Positions 63,831 to 64,000 of a stretch of 64,000 nucleotides of DNA are shown here, piece after piece (the stretch's first letter is position 1; every line of letters starts with the position of its first letter). The notes under the pieces were generated by a model, which made no database searches, was not told where the DNA came from, and saw nothing but the letters and a program-made list of their open reading frames with translations. The stretch is taken from positions 53,709,254 through 53,773,253 of the forward strand of contig NC_068999.1 of the NCBI RefSeq assembly GCF_001194135.2, in the 5' to 3' direction. The position numbers were made by a program, and so were the translations under genes. This DNA comes from Octopus bimaculoides (taxonomy: Eukaryota).

Positions 63831-64000
63831 CATAATGTCGCACAACAATGACCAGCTTGATTTGAACTCGTACCTTGTAGTTCAGTTCGTAGTATCATAA
63901 CTACATGCCTCTGTTCTTTTGAATTAGCTTTCATTGGTATTGATGGAAAAATAATGACTACACTGTTATATCTCATACATACATATACAGTACACACTCA

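Noticed and set aside
59860-64000. Terminal MCT exon (TM12)
   Set aside because: The phase-1 acceptors I checked (about 59930, 60360, 61207, 61280, 62004, 62330, 63105, 63190 and 63580) give early stops or non-MCT peptides; the exon is probably downstream or in the gap.

Overview
AT-rich, microsatellite-dense eukaryotic genomic DNA with five assembly gaps. The SINE, RTE, CR1, mariner and hAT repeat content is typical of a coleoid cephalopod, most likely Octopus; this is inferred from recognised repeat families, not from a database search. The only protein-coding gene I can support is a + strand monocarboxylate-transporter (SLC16/MCT, MFS fold) gene. Three coding exons (51600-51819, 53679-53822, 59126-59857) splice in frame to 365 codons covering TM1-TM11; the last exon(s) lie in a gap or beyond the window. 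A CpG-retaining zone at about 26.9-35.8 kb holds two candidate non-coding first exons with uORFs, and a second CpG-retaining zone lies at about 47.6-50 kb. The rest is intronic or intergenic repeats, and almost all ORFs in the supplied track are microsatellite artefacts or TE relics. I found no convincing new multi-gene system. The best leads are the divergent short-loop MCT, a seven-copy head-to-tail SINE train with an inverted partner just upstream of MCT exon 3, several long hairpins (one pre-miRNA-like), a microsatellite-embedded element, and twin TA-flanked MITEs.
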